A program made the position numbers and the translations under genes. Below the pieces are notes generated by a model. The model worked only from the letters and a program-made list of their open reading frames with translations, was not told the origin of the DNA and ran no database searches. Shown here one piece after another: positions 37,227-49,786 of a DNA stretch of 64,000 nt. Each line of letters starts with the position of its first letter. Within the stretch, counting starts at the first letter, position 1. Source of the stretch: an uncultured Actinomycetes bacterium (GTDB lineage: Bacteria > Actinomycetota > Thermoleophilia > RBG-16-64-13); assembly GCA_963706025.1 (NCBI GenBank), contig CAVPLM010000005.1:1088001-1152000 (forward strand). The letters run 5' to 3'.

Positions 37227-38740
37227 TGGCCAAGGTGACCATTGACCCGATCACCAGGATAGAAGGCCATCTCAAGATCGAGACCGAAGTCGAGGGCGGC
37301 GTCGTCAAGGACGCGCGGAGCACCGGCAACCTCTTCCGCGGTATCGAGATCATCCTTCGCGGGCGGGATCCAAGGGATGCGCAGGTCATCGCCCAGAGGA
37401 TCTGCGGGGTCTGCCCGCAATCGCACGGTATGGCGGCCGCGCTCTGTCTGGACAGCGCCTTTGGATTGGGCGACAAGATACCCGACAACGCCCGCCTCAT
37501 GCGCAACCTCATCCAGGGAACGCACGTCGTTCAGGATCACATCCTTCACTTTTACCACCTGGGCGCGCTCGACTACGTCGATGTGACCGATGTGGCCAAG
37601 TACCAGGGCAAGGACTCCGAGCTAAACTCGGTCAAGGATTTCATTGGCCGTGGCGAATTGGGTCCGTTCGTACCCCGATACGAGGGCGACTACAGGCTGC
37701 CGGTCGAAGTCAATCAAATGGCGACCGCTCACTACCTACAGGCCCTGGATATCAGGCGCATGGGGCATGAGGCGGTGGCTATCTTCGGCGGCAAGATACC
37801 TCATTCGGTAGGCATCGTCCCCGGGGGTGTCACCGCCGTTCCGACCGTGGACAAGATCACCGCACTGCTGTGGAAGGTCAAGAAGCTGCAGGACTTCGTC
37901 GACAACGTCTATCTCCCGGACGTACTGGCCATCGCCGGCGTCTATCGCGACTATCTCGAGATCGGCGCAGGCTGCGGGAATCTGCTCTCCTACGGGGGTT
38001 ACGACCTACAGGGGGACAACGCCGATCTCACCCGGAGAAAGAGGCTATTCAAACAGGGGACGGTATCTGCCGATCTCAAACCGCAGGAGCTCGACATAGC
38101 CCGTGTCACCGAAGGCGTCAAGTACTCCTGGTATGAGGACTCTGCCTCTGCCAAGCACCCGTCTCAGGGGGAGACCAAGCCCGCATACGGCAAAGAGGGT
38201 GCCTACTCCTGGCTCAAGGCGCCGCGTTATGGCGGCGAGGTCTACGAGGTCGGCCCGTTGGCCAGGGTGGCCGTTAGCTATGCGTCTGGTGATCCGGTGA
38301 TCACCCAGTTGGTGGATTCGGCTCTGGGAGAGCTCAACGCACCTCCTTCGGCCCTGTTCTCAGTCATGGGACGCCACCTCGCCCGAGCCATCTCGGCCAA
38401 GGTCATCGCCGACAACCTCGTGAAATGGCTCCTGGAGCTGAAACCTGGAGAGCCTACCTATGTCGAGTACGAGATACCCGACGAAAGCATGGGCATGGGT
38501 CTGATCGAAGGCTCGCGCGGCGCTCTCGGGCACTGGATCGAGATCAAGGACAAGAAGATCGCCAACTACCAGGCCGTGGTCCCCACCACCTGGAACGCTT
38601 CGCCGAGGGACGACGACGGCAACCCCGGCCCGATGGAACAGGCGCTGATCGGTACCCCGGTGAAGGACAAGGAGAATCCGTTCGAACTGGTGCGCATCGT
38701 CCGGTCTTTCGACCCCTGCCTCGCTTGTTCGATACATTGA
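37226..38740 (+). CDS. [NiFe] hydrogenase large subunit, group-1a-like, Cys (not Sec) form
   Basis: IDPITRIEGHL; L1 QRICGVCPQSH; L2 RSFDPCLACSIH*; TAATG overlap with the small subunit. Confidence 0.93.
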   Translation: MAKVTIDPITRIEGHLKIETEVEGGVVKDARSTGNLFRGIEIILRGRDPRDAQVIAQRICGVCPQSHGMAAALCLDSAFGLGDKIPDNARLMRNLIQGTHVVQDHILHFYHLGALDYVDVTDVAKYQGKDSELNSVKDFIGRGELGPFVPRYEGDYRLPVEVNQMATAHYLQALDIRRMGHEAVAIFGGKIPHSVGIVPGGVTAVPTVDKITALLWKVKKLQDFVDNVYLPDVLAIAGVYRDYLEIGAGCGNLLSYGGYDLQGDNADLTRRKRLFKQGTVSADLKPQELDIARVTEGVKYSWYEDSASAKHPSQGETKPAYGKEGAYSWLKAPRYGGEVYEVGPLARVAVSYASGDPVITQLVDSALGELNAPPSALFSVMGRHLARAISAKVIADNLVKWLLELKPGEPTYVEYEIPDESMGMGLIEGSRGALGHWIEIKDKKIANYQAVVPTTWNASPRDDDGNPGPMEQALIGTPVKDKENPFELVRIVRSFDPCLACSIH

Positions 38741-38760
38741 TCCTGGCCAAATGAGGAGAG

Positions 38761-39453
38761 ATGTTACTATCTAAGCAGAAACCATTTGAAGAAATCCTGG
38801 GCTTTCTGGAGGGAGAGAGCAGGGTCTTCCTTCTCGGCTGCGATGGTTGCGCCCAGGCGTCCGGCACCGGCGGTCCTGTCCAGGTGGCCGAGATGAAATC
38901 CAAGTTGGAGGATGCCGGCAAGACCATAACCGGCACCGATGTGGTCGGTTTCCTCTGCGAAAAGGCGCTGGTGAAGTCGCGCCTGGCACCCAAGACCAAC
39001 GCGATCATGGGATCGGATTCGATCCTGGTGATGACCTGCGGCGTCGGCATCCAAGCGGTCGCGGCCTCTGTGAACAAGCTGTGCCATCCCGGCTGCGACA
39101 CGCAGAACCTCGGCGGAAGCCGGGGCGAATGGCAGGGCAGCGAGCGTTGTAGGGAATGCGCCGAGTGCGTCCTCGAGTCCACCGGTGGTATATGCCCTCT
39201 GACATCGTGCAGCAAAGGCCTACTAAGCGGGCAGTGCGGGGGGGCGTCGGCCGGGAAATGCGAGCTCAGTCCGGAAAAGGACTGTGGTTGGGAGCTCATC
39301 TACCATCGGCTGAAGGCTCTGGACCAACTGGACAAACTCAAGAAGCTCGCTCCGCCGAAGAGCTGGAGCAAGATGTCGCCCGACGTCCACATCCTGGCGA
39401 CATCTCACTATGCCCTGGAAAACCCAGCTCAAGAGGAGGCAACGACGGAATGA
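38761..39453 (+). CDS. metV: MetV (methylene-THF reductase FeS/Zn subunit)
   Basis: GCDGCA, LCE, CGVGIQ, CRECAEC, GICPLTSCSKGLLSGQCGG...C...CGW. Confidence 0.88.
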   Translation: MLLSKQKPFEEILGFLEGESRVFLLGCDGCAQASGTGGPVQVAEMKSKLEDAGKTITGTDVVGFLCEKALVKSRLAPKTNAIMGSDSILVMTCGVGIQAVAASVNKLCHPGCDTQNLGGSRGEWQGSERCRECAECVLESTGGICPLTSCSKGLLSGQCGGASAGKCELSPEKDCGWELIYHRLKALDQLDKLKKLAPPKSWSKMSPDVHILATSHYALENPAQEEATTE

Positions 39454-40326
39454 GCCTCAAGTCGGAACTGGAATCAGGGAGATTCGCTATTACGGCTGAG
39501 ATCGGTCCCCTGAAGGGAACCGACATCACGGAGAACATCGAGGTGGCCGAGATGCTACGCGGGCGTGTGACCGCCGCCAACGTCACCGACCAGCAGAGCT
39601 CGGTGATGAGATTGGGGTCAATGGTCACCTGCCACCTGCTGTCTGATCACGGTCTCGAACCGGTCCTGCAGATGACCTGCCGCGATACCAACCGGATCGC
39701 CTTACAATCGGACCTTCTGGGTGCCTGGGTCATGGGCACCGAGAACGTCCTTGCTTTGACCGGCGACTTCCCTGCTCTCGGCGATCATCCCGACGCCGTG
39801 CCGGTCTACGATCTCGACTCGGTGCAGTTGCTGTCGGTGATCAGCCGGCTCAACGAGGGATTCGATATGGTCGGTAACCCACTGACCGGCAAGACCGATT
39901 TCTTTGCCGGCGCTGTGGTCGATCCGGGCGCCGACACCGAAGCCAGCCTTGACCTCCAACTGTTCAAGATGGAGAAGAAGATCGAGGCTGGAGCGAAGTT
40001 CTTCCAGACTCAGGCGGTGTTCGAGCCTGACAAGTTCGCCAAGTTCATGAAGCGGGTGAAGGGGTTCGGGGTTCCGGTCATGGCCGGCGTTATCCCCTTG
40101 AAATCGGTAGGTATGGCCCGATTCATGAACAAGAACGTGGCCGGCGTGTGCGTGCCCAAAGAGACGATCCAGAGGTGTGCCGCGGCCGAAGACAAGACTC
40201 AGGCGGGCTGTGGATCTCGTCGCTGAACTAATGAGAGACCTCAAGGATCTCTGTCAGGGTCTGCATGTGATGCCCATCGGCTGGGAGAAGAAGGTTCCCC
40301 AGATGCTGGATGCGGCCGGACTGTAG
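39450..40326 (+). CDS. metF: Methylene-THF reductase MetF (frameshift near 40200-40225)
   Basis: TAEIGP.KG, NVTD, QMTCRDTNRIALQSDLLGA, LTGD, KKIEAGAKFFQTQ, GLHVMPIGWE; ATGA overlap with metV. Confidence 0.9.
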
Positions 40327-40444
40327 GGCTGTCGGCATCACCCCTGGGACGGCCGGTCGGGGACGTGTCGCGCCGTCCAGACCATGGAGGCCTTGAGCCG
40401 TCGTATCCGCTTCCTGCGAGACAGCTGCGTCCGCGACGGCGTAA

Positions 40445-41889
<1,445 letters not shown>

Positions 41890-41917
41890 ACATCACGACA
41901 CGAGGAAAGGAGCCGCG

Positions 41918-42549
41918 ATGCACAACTAGTCGAAGCCATGGCCAACATGAAGGAGAAGGAAGCCCTTCAGATCGTCGACGAGCTGCTGGCCAAGGGCGAG
42001 GACCCCAACAAGATCCTGGATCTCTCCTCCGAGGCCATGCAGGTGGTGGGCACCCGCTACCAGGAAGGCACCTACTTCCTGCCCGAGCTCATCATGAGCG
42101 GCGAGATGCTGCGTAAGATCGGCGAGATCCTCAAACCCCTGCTGGCCGCCAAGACCGACCAGACCAAGAAGCTGGGCATCGTGGTCCTCGGCACCGTGCG
42201 GGGCGACATCCACGACATCGGCAAAGACATCGTGGGCTTCATGCTGGAAGTGAACGGCTTTGAGGTGCACGACCTCGGCATCGACCAGCCCGAAGAGGCC
42301 TTCGTGAAAGCCGTGAAGGAGCACAAGCCCCAGGTGCTGGCCCTCTCCGGCTTCCTCTCGGTGGCCTTCGACTCCATGAAGTCCACCATCGAGCAGGTGG
42401 AAGCCGCCGGGCTGCGCAAGGACCTCAAGATCATCATCGGCGGCGGGCAGATGGACGACACCGTGCGCAAGTACACCGGGGCCGACGCCTACGGCGACGA
42501 CGCCATGGCTGCCGTGGCCTTCGCCAAGGAGACGGTGGGGGTGGCGTGA
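41918..42549 (+). CDS. Cobalamin-binding corrinoid protein (MtaC/MttC/MtvC-like)
   Basis: GTVRGDIHDIGKDIV B12 motif, SGFL, IIGGG; true start probably ATG 41918 after AAGGAG, with an indel before 41938. Confidence 0.9.
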
Positions 42550-43885
42550 TGGCCGAGAAAGCTGGGAGGACATGACCCCCGCCGAGAGGCGAGCCTGGCG
42601 CATCGAGCAAGTGGCGCAATCCGGCGTCGCCGTTCGCGAGCCCGCAGGCCGAGGCCGACTACAAGGCGCGGGTGGACCGGCTCATAGCGGCCATCAACCT
42701 GGAGAAGCCCGACCGGGTGCCGGTGAGTCTCAACACCGGCTGGTGGCCGGCCAGAGCGCCGGCATGACTCCCTACGAAGCCATGAGCGACCCGGCAAGGC
42801 CGCGCAGGCCTGGCTGGACTTCAACGTCGAAGTTCCAGCTGGACGTCATGGTCGACCCCGCTGCACAACACAGTCCCGGCCTCGATGTTCGAGACGATCG
42901 ACTACAGGCTGTACTCCTGGCCGGGCCACGGCGTCGCCAAGGACGCGGGCTACCAGTACAACGAGAAGGAGTGGATGCTCCCCGAGGAGTACGACCACCT
43001 GATCTCGGACCCGACCGACTACATGCTCCGCACGTATCTTCCCCGCACGGTGGGCGCGTTCGCCGGCTTCGGCGGACTGTCCTCGCTCTTCGACTTCATC
43101 GAGCTGCCCTTCGTGGCCGGCCAGGTCGGCGGCTGGGGCATCGCCGGAGATGGTCGGCGGGTCTGGAGAGGCTGACCGCGGCGGCACGAGATGGTCGAAG
43201 CGTGGGCCAGGGCCGACCTTCCCGGAGATCGGCGAGATCATGGCGCTGGGCTTCCCGGCCTACTGGGGTGCGGCGACCAAGGCGCCGTTCGACATCCTGG
43301 GCGACACACTGCGCGGCACTCGGGGGTCATCGTCGACCTCTACCGCCGGCCCGAGAAGGTGCTCGCCGCCTGCGAGCGCCTGGTGCAGGTGGCCATCGAC
43401 TTCGTAACTCAAGCGCCCGGGATCCCGCCGCACGCCCGTCATCTTCATGCCGCTGCACAAGGGCGCGGACGGCTTCATGAGCGACGAGCAGTTCCACACG
43501 TTCTACTGGCCGAGCCTGAAGGCCCTGCTCTGGGCCTCATCGAGGAGGGCTTCATACCCTTCCTGTTCGCCGAGGGGCGCTACGACTCGCGGCTCGAGAC
43601 CATCATGGACCTGCCCAAGGGCGAGACCGTCTGGCTGTTCGACCAGACCGACATGGCCCGGGCCAAGGAGACCATCGGCCAGGTGGCCTGCATCCAGGGG
43701 AACGTGCCCCTGTCGCTCATGCATGCGGCACCGCCGAGGAGGCGGCCGAGCTACGCCGCAAGCTCATCGACGTCGCCGGCAAGGGGGGCGGCTTCATCCT
43801 CGACGTCGGCGCAGTGGCCGACGGGGGCAAGGAGGAGAACCTGCGCGCCATGATCAAGACGGCCAAGGAGTACGGCGTCTACTAG
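42549..43885 (+). CDS. Uroporphyrinogen-decarboxylase-fold methyltransferase (corrinoid MT-like), multiple frameshifts
   Basis: EKPDRVPV, KAPFDILGDTLRG, FMPLHKGADGFMSDEQF..FYWP, CIQGNVP, GGFIL...ENLRAMI..KEYGVY*. Confidence 0.75.
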
Positions 43886-43914
43886 GCAGTCAGAGGACGG
43901 GAAGAGGCGACAGT

Positions 43915-44667
43915 TTGGCCGAGAGCGGTGATCCTGGCCTGCGAGATGATCGAGGACGAGGTGCGGCTGGCGCTGGAGGCGGTGCCGCCGAGCGAGCGGC
44001 CGCCGGTGGTCTGGGTGGAGAGCGGGCTGCACGAGCGGCCGGAGCGGCTGCAGGCGGCGCTGCAGGGGCTGATCGAATGTCGACGGGGGCCGCGGCGGCA
44101 CGGCCGTAGCGTGCTCGGTGCGGCCCGGCAGGGGACCGGCCGCGGAGCGCCGGGAGCAGGTACTGGTAGGCCCGGTGGAGGAGGTGCTGCTGGCCCTGGG
44201 GTTCTGCGGCAGCGCGCTCAAGGGTCTGGTCGCGCGGCATCTGCGCATGGTGTTCCCCCGGGTGGACGACTGCGTCTCGCTGCTGCTGAACCGGGGTTGC
44301 GCACGGGAGGAGATCCCGGGACCCGCGCCACTACTACCTGACCCGCGGATGGTTCAACCACGAGAGCACCCTGCAAGGGAGGCTTCGAGGAGTGGGACGA
44401 GCGGTTCGGCCCGGAGCGAGCGGCGCGCTGCGAAAGACCATGTTCGCGGGCTACGAGCGGGTAACCTGATCGATACCGGCCTACGACGTGGACGAGTGTC
44501 TCGAGCAGAGCCGGGGCGGACGCCGACGATCTGGAGCTGGACCACGGCGTCGTGCAGGGTTCGGTGCAATTGCTGGAGGACTTTCAGGGGGGAGAGGGAC
44601 GGCGAGATAGTGGTGGTGCCGCCGGGGAGCCGATAGGATTCACGCACTTGTTCCTGTCGAAGAGTGA
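43915..44667 (+). CDS. DUF1638-domain protein (corrinoid-system accessory), multiple frameshifts, ends approximate
   Basis: ILACEMIEDE, ESGLHERPERLQ, GFCG..L.GL, PRVDDCVSLLL, YYLTRGW, LIDTG. Confidence 0.7.
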
Positions 44668-44704
44668 GACCGGAAAAACCGTACGGCGAAGATGGAGGAA
44701 TGCA

Positions 44705-45560
44705 GTGGAGACCCGAGTAGCCAGCGCGACGAGCGAAGTCATCATCGGTGGGGGCCGGCCCACGGTGCTCATAGGCGAGCGCATCAACCCCACCGGCAAG
44801 AAGCGCCTGGCCGAGGCTCTGCGGGCCGGCGACCTGAGCGTCGTCCGCGAGGAAGCCCTGGCCCAGGTGGCGGCCGGCGCCGACATCCTGGACGTCAACG
44901 TGGGCGCCACCGGCGTCGACGAGGTGGACGATGCTGCCCCTGGCGGTACAAGGCCGTGGGAGGTGGTGGACGTGCCTCTCTGCATCGACAGCCGCAAGAT
45001 CGAGGCCCTTGCGGCGGCGCTGGACGTCTGTCCGGGACGGCCGATAGTCAACTCGGTCACCGGCGAGGAGGCCTCCCTGGAGACCGTGCTGCCCCTGGTC
45101 AAAGAGCAGGGGCTGCCGGTCATAGGCCTGACCCTGGACGAGAAGGGCATCCCCGCGGACGCCGAAGCGCGCGTGGCCATCGCCCACCGCATCGTGGAGC
45201 GGGCCGAGGCGATGGGCATCCCGCGTGAGGACGTGATCATCGACTGCCTGACCCTGTCGCTGGGCGCGAACGTCAAGGCCGGCCTGGCCACGCTGGAGGC
45301 GACCCGGCGCGTGCGGGACGAGCTGGGCGTCAACCAGACCCAGGGGGCAGCAACATCTCCCACGGCCTGCCCAACCGGCCGGTGCTAACGGGGCCTATCT
45401 GGCCCTGGCCATCGAGGCAGGTCTGACCTGCCCCACGGTGGACGTGGCCCTGGTGCGCCTGGCCGTCCTTTCGGCCGACCTGGTGCTGGGCCGCGACAAC
45501 TACGCCATGAGCTTCATCGCGGCCTTCCGCGAAGCGCAGAAGGCGGCCGAAGCCCAGTGA
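44705..45560 (+). CDS. Pterin-binding (DHPS-fold) methyl-THF:corrinoid methyltransferase (AcsE/MtvA/MetH-pterin-domain-like), frameshifted near 3' end
   Basis: IGERINPTGKK, GADILDVNVG, PLCIDS, IVNSVTGE, IIDCL. Confidence 0.85.
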
Positions 45561-45585
45561 ACGCGGAGGCGAGAAAGGGGTAGAC

Positions 45586-48500
45586 ATGGCCGACCTGCTT
45601 CGTCGCGAGATAATCGGGGAGAACGGTCCGCCGGTAGGCATCTTCATCGATGGGCGTCATCTGCAGGTCGACCGACATGTGTCGATCCTGGACGCCGCCC
45701 AAGCGCATGGGATCTACATACCTACGCTCTGCCACGATCCCCGCTTGGAGCCCGTCGGTCGCTGCAAGCTGTGCCTGGTGGAGGTCGCCGGGGACGGGCT
45801 GGTCTATGCGTGCCAGACCCCGGTGGCCGAGGCCATGGAAGTGATCACCCTGAGTCCACAGATCTCCGATGCGCGTCGGTCCCGGCTCAACGAGTTGCTC
45901 TCCAACCATAACGCCTATTGCGAACCGCCCTGCCACTACGCCTGTCCGGCGGGCATCGACATACCCGCCTACCTGGGAGCGATCGCCGAGGGAGACGACG
46001 CTGAAGCCGTCAGGATCGTCAAGCAGCGACTGCCGCTGCCCCGCATCATCGGCCGGGTCTGTCCCCGGCCGTGCGAGAGCGCCTGTCGCCGCACCCAGGT
46101 CGACGGCGAACCGGTAGCCATCTGTCAGCTGAAGCGCTTCGCCGCCGACCGCGACTGCGCCGGCGGCGCCGGCGAGCGACGAGGCCGCGCCTGAAGAAGA
46201 CGTCGCCCCGGCCAGCGGCAAGAAGGTCGCCGTCATCGGCAGTGGCCCCTCGGGTCTGACCGCCGCCTACTTCCTAGCTCGGGCCGGTCACCAGGTGACG
46301 ATCTTCGAAGCCCATTCGCAGCCCGGCGGCATGATGCTCACCGGGATCCCGCCTTATCGTCTGCCCCGATACGTCATCGCCGAGGAGGTCGACGATATCC
46401 TCAGACTTGGCGTGGAACTGAGGCTTGGTTGCCGGCTCGGCGAGCACGTCACCATCGACAGCCTCGAGGCCGACGGCTACGACGCCATCTATCTTGCCAT
46501 CGGCGCCCAGTGCGGCTCCACCGGTGGCATCCCCGGCGCCGAGGGCGGACAGGGCATCTACCCGGCCGTCGACTTCCTCCGAGAGAGCAATGCCCGGGCG
46601 TGGAAGGAGCCCCTCGGCCGGACGCTGATCGTCGGCGGCGGTTTCACGGCCGTCGACGCGGCCCGATCGGCAGTGCGTCTTGGGGCCGGCGAAGTGACTT
46701 TGGTCTACCGGCGGACCCGCGAAGAGATGCCCGCGACCACGGACGAGGTGGACGAGGCGGAGGAGGAAGGCGTTAACCTGCTGTTGCTCACAGCCCCGGT
46801 CTCCGTGATCCGGGAAGACGGGAGGGTCACCGGTGCGGTCTGTCAGAAGATGGAACTGGGCGAGCCGGACGAAAGCGGCAGGCGACGGCCGGAGCCGGTG
46901 GCGGACTCCGAATTCACCGTCGCAGCGGATACGGTGATCCTGGCGATCGGCCAGGAAGTCGACGACCGCGACCTGGGTGGCTCCTGCACCTTCACCTCCT
47001 GGGGCACCATCGAGGCGGACAAGAGCACTCTGGCGACCAGCAAGGAAGGAGTCTTCGCCGGGGGAGACTGCGAGACCGGGCCCGCGACGGTGGTGGAAGC
47101 CATAGCTGCGGGGCGCCGGGCCGCCATCGCCATCGATGCCTACGTCTCGGGCAGAGACCCGAAGGCGGCCTGCGCCGCGCCCGGCACGCGCCTCGAGCGA
47201 CACCAGCCGAAGTTCTTCGATATCGGTGCCAAGCCTCTTTCTGACGACAAACGCAACCACATCCCCGTGCTCCCTGTCCGGCCCGCCAGAACTTCCACGA
47301 GGTGGAGTTGGACTTCGACGAGGCTGCGGCCAGGAGGGAAGCCGCCCGCTGCATGCAATGCACCTGCCACGCCGCCTCTGCCTGCGAGCTGCAGCGCCTG
47401 GCTATCCGCTACGGCGCCGGTACCACGGAATTCAAGGGTGACCAGGGCAGTTCGAGCTGTTCGACGGGTCGCCCATCCTTCAGCTCGACCGCAAGCGCTG
47501 CATCAAGTGCCACAGCTGCGTCCGCATCTGCGCCGAGGCCGAGCAGTACGGCGTCTACCAGGTGGATGAAGCCGAGTACCCAGAGCTCAAGGGCCTTACC
47601 TACCGGGATTCCGGCTGCGTCTCCTGCGGCCAGTGCCTCGATGTCTGCCCCACGGGCGCACTGGTCAACGCCCAGCTCAAGGGCGCGCACGAATGGGAGA
47701 TAAGCCGGGTGCGCACCACGTGTCCGCTCTGCGGCACGGGCTGCAATTTCGACCTGAACGTCAAAGACGGCAGGGTCGTCGGGGTCACGGCCGCTGCGGA
47801 CGCGCCGGTCAACGGCAGCGCCTTGTGCGTCAAGGGCCGGTTCCACACAGACATGATCCACAGCCCAGAGCGACTCACCACCCCGCTCGTAAGAAGGAAT
47901 GGCGTACTCGAGAGGGCCACCTGGGACGAGGCTCTCGACCTCGTCGCCGCCCGCTTCCAGGAGATACGGGATCGTGATGGAGCGGACGCTTTCGCCGCCC
48001 TCAGCTCGGCCCGTTGCACCAATGAAGACAACTGGCTGATGCAGAAGTTCGTCCGGGTGGTGATGCGCACCAACAACCTGGACCACTGCGCGCGAACCTG
48101 ACACGCTCCCACTGTGGCCGGTCTGGCCGCATCGTTTGGAAGCGCCGCGATGACGAACTCCATCAGTGAGGTCGAGTTCTACGACGCCCTATTCATCATC
48201 GGGTCCAACACCACCGAAGCGCATCCCATAATCGGAAGCAAGATGAAGCGCGCCGCCCGGCGCGGGGCTACGTTGATAGTGGCCGATCCGCGGCACATCG
48301 AATTGGTCGACTACGCCCAGCTGTGGCTGCAGCTCATCCCGGGTACCGACGCGGCTCTCATCAACGGCATGATGAACATCATCATCAACGAGCGCTGGGC
48401 CGACTGGGAGTTCATCGCCAAGCGCTGCGAGAACTACGACGACCTGTGGGAGGTCGTGCAGAAGTACACCCCGGACGTGGTCAGCGAGATCACCGGCGTC

Positions 48501-49723
48501 CCCGAGGACAAGCTCTACGCAGCCGCCGAGCTCTATGCCCATACCCGCCGGGCGGGCATCTTCTACACCCTCGGCATCACCGAGCACACCACCGGTACCG
48601 CCAACGTCATGAACCTGGCCAATCTCGCCATGGTCACCGGCCATGTGGGAGTGGAGCATGCTGGAGTCAATCCACTGCGCGGCCAGAACAACGTGCAGGG
48701 AGCCTGCGACATGGGCGCTCTGCCCAACGTGTTCTCGGACTACCGGCCCGTCACCAGGCCGAGGATGTCGCCGTCTTCGAGAAGGAATGGGGGGCGAGAC
48801 TCAGCACCACGACGGGGCTGCGCACCCCGGAGATGTTCGACGCCATCATCGCCGGCGATCTCAAGGCGATGTACATCATGGGCGAGGACCCGATCCTCAC
48901 CGACGCCGACGCCAATCATGTCCGCAAGGCCATCTCCAGCCTTGAATTCCTGGTGGTCCAGGACATCTTCCTGACGGAGACGGCCAAGTACGCCGACGTG
49001 GTGCTACCGGCCGCCTGTTACGCCGAGAAGGACGGCACCTTCACCAACACCGAGCGCCGGGTGCAGAGGGTGCGGAAGGCCGTCGAGCCTCCGGGTGAGG
49101 CCCGGGCCGACTGGCAGATCATCTGCGACCTCTCCCACCGTATGGGCTACCAGATGGGGTGTGTCTCCCCGGCGGATATCTTCGAAGAGATCCGGACCTT
49201 GACCCCCACCTACGCCGGCATGACCTACGACCGGGTCGATGCCTGCGGTCTGCAGTGGCCATGCCCCGACATCGATCATCCGGGCACTCCCTACCTGCAT
49301 GAGGACACGTTCCCCCGGGGGCGTGGGCGCCTTTTGGGCATCGAATACGAAGCTCCCGCCGAGCTCACCAACGAGGACTACCCTTACCTGCTGACCACCG
49401 GGCGCATGCTCTACCAGTACAACATCTCCACCAGGCAGTCCGCGACCCTCGACTCGCTGGCGCCTTACGAGCTGGCCGAGATCAACCCGGTGGACGCCGC
49501 CTCGATCGGAGTGTCCGAGGGAGAAGAGATGCGGGTCACTTCGCGCCGCGGCTCGGTAGTCACCCGGGTGACGGTCACCGACCGCGTGCCCCCCGGGATC
49601 CTGTTCATGACCTTCCACTTCCGGGAGACGGCGGTCAACGAGCTGACCAATTCCGCATACGACCCCATCTCCAACACAGCGGAGTACAAAGTCTGCGCGG
49701 TCAGGATCGAACCGGCACGATGA
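45586..49723 (+). CDS. fdhF: Selenocysteine formate dehydrogenase alpha subunit fused to N-terminal 2Fe-2S and GltD/NfnB-like flavoprotein domains (several frameshifts; Sec TGA at 48099)
   Basis: IPTLCH..GRCKLC; [48 protein letters not shown]; CIKCHSC, CVSCGQC; [10 protein letters not shown]; [17 protein letters not shown]; [10 protein letters not shown]; EYKVCAV. Confidence 0.8.
48099..48135 (+). promoter_or_regulatory. In-frame UGA (Sec) and bacterial SECIS hairpin
   Basis: TGA at 48099-48101 at the FdhF Mo/W-ligand position (CARxUH); hairpin TGTGGCC-GGTCT-GGCCGCA at 48113-48131. Confidence 0.85.
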
Positions 49724-49728
49724 GATTG

Positions 49729-49770
49729 GTGCCCTGACCGATGCCCGGATCGGTGCCCGGACCGGTCCCG
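49729..49770. repeat. Three degenerate 12-bp tandem repeats
   Basis: GTGCCCTGACCG / ATGCCCGGATCG / GTGCCCGGACCG between convergent genes. Confidence 0.6.
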
Positions 49771-49786
49771 CTGCTACGTCTTGAGG

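Noticed and set aside
38711-38740. Possible selenocysteine in the hydrogenase L2 motif
   Set aside because: The codon is TGC (DPCLAC); the TGA follows the terminal His and is a true stop.
49729-49770. Short repeats considered as a CRISPR remnant
   Set aside because: 12-bp units without spacers and no cas genes; no CRISPR array was seen anywhere in the window.
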